From contig LVZN01000027.1 in assembly GCA_001695645.1 (NCBI GenBank), forward strand, positions 1-17,171: a stretch of 17,171 nt of DNA. The letters run 5' to 3'. The position numbers and the translations under genes were made by a program. Source of the DNA: Erysipelotrichaceae bacterium MTC7 (GTDB taxonomy: Bacteria; Bacillota_I; Bacilli_A; Erysipelotrichales; Erysipelotrichaceae). Below, one piece after another: positions 13,804 through 17,171 of this stretch. Numbering within the stretch: the stretch's first letter is position 1; each line of letters begins with the position of its first letter. Under the pieces are notes generated by a model, which ran no database searches, was not told the origin of the DNA, and saw only the letters and a program-made list of their open reading frames with translations.

Positions 13804-15430
13804 AATAGCGTTTCTCACTTTCTTTCTTTGTTAGATGGTTCATTAAACTTTTCATCATAATATTTGCCACAAAAATCAGTAACGATAATACAAAGATATC
13901 GGTAAACTTTGCAAAGTGCTGTAGTTCTTTAATCTTTGTGGTGATCACACCTGTTTCTGCACCAACTAAAAAGATAATGGCACTTATCGTAACCATAGAA
14001 TTGATAAAGTAATAGGAGAACATTTCAAACACGGTTGAAATGGAACAAGGAATCATCACTTTACGCAAGGTTCCAAACCAACTGTCACCTAACAAGCGTC
14101 CCGTTGTTTCAAATGATAAATTCATCTTCATAAAGGCATTTTTGATCATGACGTATGGTGTCGAAAAAAAGTGAACAACATTACAGATAATCAAAATGAG
14201 ATACGTGTTTTGAATATTTGTCCCCTTAAAAGCAAACATGAATCCAATCCCAATCACCATTCCTGGCAAAGCATTGGTCAGTGTCGAGATAAAATCAATA
14301 CTTCCGGTGATGAATCTTGGCATTTTCCCTCTTGCACTAATAATAGCAGCAACATAGGAAACAACAGTTCCACAAATGGCTGTTAATACAGCAACAATGA
14401 ATGAGTTTTTCACAACATCCAATAAGTTTGCCGATTGAAATGTTTCTTTCACATGGTCCAAAGAGAATCCAATATTGTATGGCCATTCTTTGACAAACGG
14501 TAAAATGAAGATTACTGCAAATACAGATACAATTCCTAACATGATAAGACTTGCACCAATACCACAGATCCAGTTTTTACTTTTTACATTTGGCAAGGTT
14601 TCTTCTGATATATTTTCATAGCGAACATTCATCTTTTCAATACGACGAACCACTAACACAGCAAGAATGGAAGGCACTAACATCACCAAGGAGATAACAG
14701 CTCCATTATGGAAGTTTGGAATCGACCCAAGCATTTGGTTGTATAGCGTACTGGCAATCACTTCAAACTGTCCACCTATAGCTGCAGGTATTCCAAAGTC
14801 CGTAAAACTTAAGAAAAACGTTTGAATGAACGCAATCACTAACGTATAAACCAATGGACGAAAAATGGTATGAAAAAAACGACGCAATGGAGAATCCCCC
14901 ATCAATATCGAAACCACAAATTGTTTCTTATCAATATAGGTCATCGTGTTTTTAATCAAAATAAAAGCAACCGGTAAGGTATAGATCAAATAGCCAATTA
15001 ACAAACCATTAAATCCATATAAATTGAACGGTTGAAAACCAAACAGTTTGGTAAACACGCCTTGTTTTCCGAACGTATAAATAATGGCAAATCCATAGGT
15101 GATGGTTGGCATCAACATAGGCATCGTTGCAATGACATTAATCAGTTTTTTGAATGCTTTAGGCACAGCTGTAAAATGTACTGTATACGCTAAAAAGAAT
15201 GCCAGTGATGTCGACAGTAGTGCAGCGATACTTGCAATCAAGAAACTGTTTTGTAAAGATGTTAGAAACCGTTCTTTACTTACAACCTTAATGATGTTAT
15301 CAAAACTGATAACACCATTTGTTTGAATTGCACGAATAAGTACTAAAACCAATGGATACAATAGAAAGATTGCAAACAATGCAAAAACTAGAATATAAAT
15401 TAGTTTTAATTCATTGTTGCGCTTAAACAT
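13787..15430 (-). CDS. ABC transporter permease, fused double transmembrane domain (FbpB/ThiP-like)
   Basis: Start at ATG 15430 (MFKRNNE...), with GGAGAT 6 nt upstream and an 8-nt overlap with the ATPase stop. 547 aa, about 12 TM helices and two EAA-like loops (MGDSPLRRFFHTIFRPL; LLGDSWFGTLRKVMIP). Confidence 0.9.
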   Translation of the reverse strand: MFKRNNELKLIYILVFALFAIFLLYPLVLVLIRAIQTNGVISFDNIIKVVSKERFLTSLQNSFLIASIAALLSTSLAFFLAYTVHFTAVPKAFKKLINVIATMPMLMPTITYGFAIIYTFGKQGVFTKLFGFQPFNLYGFNGLLIGYLIYTLPVAFILIKNTMTYIDKKQFVVSILMGDSPLRRFFHTIFRPLVYTLVIAFIQTFFLSFTDFGIPAAIGGQFEVIASTLYNQMLGSIPNFHNGAVISLVMLVPSILAVLVVRRIEKMNVRYENISEETLPNVKSKNWICGIGASLIMLGIVSVFAVIFILPFVKEWPYNIGFSLDHVKETFQSANLLDVVKNSFIVAVLTAICGTVVSYVAAIISARGKMPRFITGSIDFISTLTNALPGMVIGIGFMFAFKGTNIQNTYLILIICNVVHFFSTPYVMIKNAFMKMNLSFETTGRLLGDSWFGTLRKVMIPCSISTVFEMFSYYFINSMVTISAIIFLVGAETGVITTKIKELQHFAKFTDIFVLSLLIFVANIMMKSLMNHLTKKESEKRYYVEVK

Positions 15431-16175
15431 GTTGATCTCCAAATAGTTTTAGAATGTTATCACGTTTTACATGAAGTTGACGCAAAATAAAACTTTCCAC
15501 AAAAGAATTTGCTGGATGTTGAATAATCTCTTGTGGGGTTCCATACTGTGCAATACTACCACCATCAAGAATCAACACTTTATCTGACAAGGTTAAGGCT
15601 TCTTCAGGATCATGGGTCACAATGATTGTTGTAAGGTTGTATTTCTCCGAGATTTCTTTAATCGTATCTTTAATTGATTCTTTGATGACTCCATCAAGTG
15701 CACTTAATGGTTCATCAAGCAATAATACTTTTGGTTTTAATGTTAAGGTTCTAGCAAGTGCAACTCTTTGCTTTTGCCCTCCAGAAAGCTCATGAATTTC
15801 CTTATCTAAATGTTCACGAAGGTCCAGTAAGTCAATCAACGCATCAACTTCCTCTTGTGTTGAGACACTTGGGTTGTTGCGCCATCCATACACGATATTG
15901 CGTCCCGCACTCAAATGTGGGAATAACGCATAATCTTGAAACACGATATTCAACCCACGTTTTTCAATTGGTAGTTGGGTAATATCTTTTCCATCCAATT
16001 CAATAACGCCTGAGTTCAATTCTACTAAACCCAATAAACAGTTTAATAATGTTGTTTTCCCACTTCCACTTGAACCTAATATTGATACAATTTCTCCGTC
16101 ATTGATAGACAAAGAGATATCTTTTAGCACTTCGTTTGTTCCAAAGGCTTTATTTACATTCTTCAAAGTTAACAT
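15423..16175 (-). CDS. ABC transporter ATP-binding protein (short form, no C-terminal TOBE/regulatory domain)
   Basis: 250 aa. Walker A GSSGSGKTT, Q-loop, signature LSGGQKQRVALAR, Walker B LLLDEPLSALD and H-loop VTHD are present. RBS GGAGAG lies 7 nt upstream of ATG 16175. Confidence 0.95.
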   Translation of the reverse strand: MLTLKNVNKAFGTNEVLKDISLSINDGEIVSILGSSGSGKTTLLNCLLGLVELNSGVIELDGKDITQLPIEKRGLNIVFQDYALFPHLSAGRNIVYGWRNNPSVSTQEEVDALIDLLDLREHLDKEIHELSGGQKQRVALARTLTLKPKVLLLDEPLSALDGVIKESIKDTIKEISEKYNLTTIIVTHDPEEALTLSDKVLILDGGSIAQYGTPQEIIQHPANSFVESFILRQLHVKRDNILKLFGDQHV

Positions 16176-16287
16176 GTTTGCTCTCCATTTTTCATATGCT
16201 TAATATTTTACTAGATAAATGAACACATAACAACATTTTCATGACAGATTTAGTTCATTTACTGTGATTTTTCTGCTTTTTTGAACA

Positions 16288-16317
16288 ATTATAGTGTTTC
16301 CATAAAAAAAGAATCAA
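16288..16317 (-). promoter_or_regulatory. Candidate sigma-A promoter of the ABC operon (-35 TTGATT, 18-nt spacer, -10 TATAAT)
   Basis: The minus strand reads TTGATTCTTTTTTTATGGAAACACTATAATTG. The -35 (16312-16317) lies inside the amidase-2 terminator hairpin. A second, weaker candidate (TTGTTA-N17-TAAAAT) lies about 60 nt further downstream. Confidence 0.5.
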
Positions 16318-16334
16318 AGGTTTCCCTAAGATTC
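16304..16334 (-). terminator. Rho-independent terminator of amidase paralog 2
   Basis: Minus-strand RNA GAAUCUUAGGGAAACCUUUGAUUC forms an outer 5-bp stem and an inner 3-bp stem around a small loop. It is followed by U7 (16304-16310). The TAG stop lies inside the hairpin. Confidence 0.5.
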
Positions 16335-17033
16335 GTTAATTTTTGTTAAGATTCCGTTGGCAATAGCTTCTGCGATTTTTTGACGTCCCTGTTCACTTTG
16401 AATAAAGCTGTTGTCACTTTCATTATCCAAATAGCCAACTTCAACTAAGGCAGTTGGTACTCTTGCAAAGACAACCAAATGTAAGAGTTCCGTTGCGTCG
16501 ATTATACCGTTGTTCTGTGTATAATCTACCGATTCTAACTTCTCTGCAATATTCTCAGATAATGAGTAAGCGATACGATCATTTGGATCCGTGTAAATTT
16601 CAAAACCAGAACGCGTTGCTTGTTCACTAGCGTTACAGTGAATGGAAACAAACAGTTCTGCATTGGCAGCAATGGACATGTCGATGCGATTTTGCAAATC
16701 AGCTACACTTGAGTTTCCAAGTGGTACATCGCTTGTGCGTGAATAAGAAACCTCGACACTATTTGCTTCGAGTATCTCTCCAATGCGTAAGACAAGATCC
16801 AAGTTAACATCTTTCTCATAATCTCCAGAAACTGGTATCATTCCTGAATCAATCGCTCCGTGTCCCGCATCTAAAAAAACCGTTGCAGTTGCTTTTGGTA
16901 GCACCTTTTGTTTTGAAGGAAGCGCGCGAACTTCCTGAATCCAAGCCGTAGGTTTTTGATTTTGTAATGATGCTCCCACAAGCATCAAAACCACAATAAC
17001 CACCGCTGGTCCTAATCTTTTCAATGTTTTCAT
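16326..17033 (-). CDS. N-acetylmuramoyl-L-alanine amidase, Amidase_3 family, CwlD-like membrane-anchored (paralog 2)
   Basis: 235 aa. An N-terminal TM anchor is followed by FLDAGHGAIDSG, YEKD, FVSIHCNAS and TALVEVGY. It aligns gap-free with paralog 1 over the catalytic domain, with roughly half the residues identical by eye. Confidence 0.9.
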   Translation of the reverse strand: MKTLKRLGPAVVIVVLMLVGASLQNQKPTAWIQEVRALPSKQKVLPKATATVFLDAGHGAIDSGMIPVSGDYEKDVNLDLVLRIGEILEANSVEVSYSRTSDVPLGNSSVADLQNRIDMSIAANAELFVSIHCNASEQATRSGFEIYTDPNDRIAYSLSENIAEKLESVDYTQNNGIIDATELLHLVVFARVPTALVEVGYLDNESDNSFIQSEQGRQKIAEAIANGILTKINES

Positions 17034-17039
17034 GTATGA

Positions 17040-17048
17040 AGTATAACA
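17040..17048 (-). promoter_or_regulatory. Extended -10 box TGTTATACT placed 6 nt upstream of the amidase-2 ATG (leaderless geometry)
   Basis: The minus strand reads GATTTTGTTATACTTCATACATGAAAACATTG. There is no SD between the -10 and ATG 17033. Confidence 0.45.
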
Positions 17049-17080
17049 AAATCATTTTCACTACTCCATCTTTTTTTGTC

Positions 17081-17097
17081 CTTCACATAACTTCACA
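17081..17097. repeat. Direct repeat cttcaca-N3-cttcaca (minus strand TGTGAAG x2, 10-bp period) upstream of the amidase-2 promoter
   Basis: Read directly from the sequence: 17081-17087 and 17091-17097 are identical. The repeat sits at about -48 to -64 relative to ATG 17033, next to an A7 tract (17071-17077, minus strand). Confidence 0.5.
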
Positions 17098-17171
17098 AAA
17101 AATTAGTTAATAAAAATCAAGTATAATATTAAAAAATCATTCTATGATATTTCATCACACTAAAAATCCTG

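Noticed and set aside
799-16000. Many 60-140 aa ORFs in the track that lie antisense to or out of frame within the large genes (e.g. 799-1173, 1508-1825, 1717-2007, 3130-3366, 3213-3452, 3302-3502, 3838-4047, 4871-5167, 5379-5801, 6374-6679, 7101-7373, 7724-7906, 8525-8791, 10618-10821, 11315-11656, 11758-11961, 14171-14386, 15099-15326, 15758-15982).
   Set aside because: They overlap confidently assigned genes. They have no SD or promoter signals and give low-complexity or Cys/Ser/Leu-rich translations typical of shadow ORFs in AT-rich DNA.
16176-16325. TPP riboswitch, Fur box or other known cis-regulator upstream of the ABC operon.
   Set aside because: I could not find the conserved TPP core strings (CUGAGA / ACCUGAUCUGGAUAAUGCCAGC-like) or a GATAATGATAATCATTATC-like Fur box. 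This was read by eye, so a covariance-model scan is still advisable.
16849-17061. 70-aa ORF starting at GTG 17061 with GGAG 4 nt upstream, overlapping the amidase-2 start out of frame.
   Set aside because: Its translation is Gly/Cys/Ser-rich with no motif, and it overlaps the well-supported amidase signal-anchor region. The SD spacing is too short. It is retained only as a caveat to the leaderless interpretation.
1-17171. Mobile elements, prophage genes, CRISPR arrays, toxin-antitoxin pairs, recognised defence-system genes, tRNA/rRNA genes.
   Set aside because: No transposase, integrase or recombinase motifs, no terminal inverted repeats, no regularly spaced repeats, and no cloverleaf-like or rRNA-like segments were seen in any intergenic region. 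The largest intergenic gaps are only about 90-150 nt.

Overview
AT-rich chromosomal segment that looks like a low-GC Firmicute; the exact taxon cannot be determined from the sequence. I support 18 protein-coding genes, 15 of them on the minus strand. I found no rRNA, tRNA, CRISPR array, transposase, integrase or recognisable riboswitch. The content is housekeeping plus a strong cell-envelope theme: a Cps2A-like LCP ligase followed by a catalytic-domain-less N-terminal module of a polyprenyl-phosphate glycosylphosphotransferase, an M29 aminopeptidase, a tandem-DUF1294 membrane protein, TypA/BipA, a NodB-type polysaccharide deacetylase, a SpoU/TrmH RNA methyltransferase, a GT4 glycosyltransferase, two small membrane ORFs, cyclophilin PpiB, and two paralogous CwlD-like Amidase_3 enzymes that bracket a three-gene ABC importer (ATPase, fused double permease, lipoprotein binding protein). 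The least ordinary locus is a divergent pair at about 10.1-12.0 kb. It holds a cytoplasmic single-chain protein with two retropepsin-like halves (DTGA and DSGA) and a DUF4438-like protein of unknown function. Only 47 bp separate them, and that gap consists of two mirrored extended -10 boxes forming a near-palindrome. A second recurring signal is TGTTATA(A/C)T-N6-ATG in front of the protease and both amidases, which is the geometry expected for leaderless mRNAs. Other points are three ORF junctions where consecutive ORFs share one frame across a TAG stop, an unannotated 38-codon ORF, and bidirectional terminator hairpins built from the coding ends of convergent genes. All family assignments rest on motif recognition by eye, and no database search was possible.
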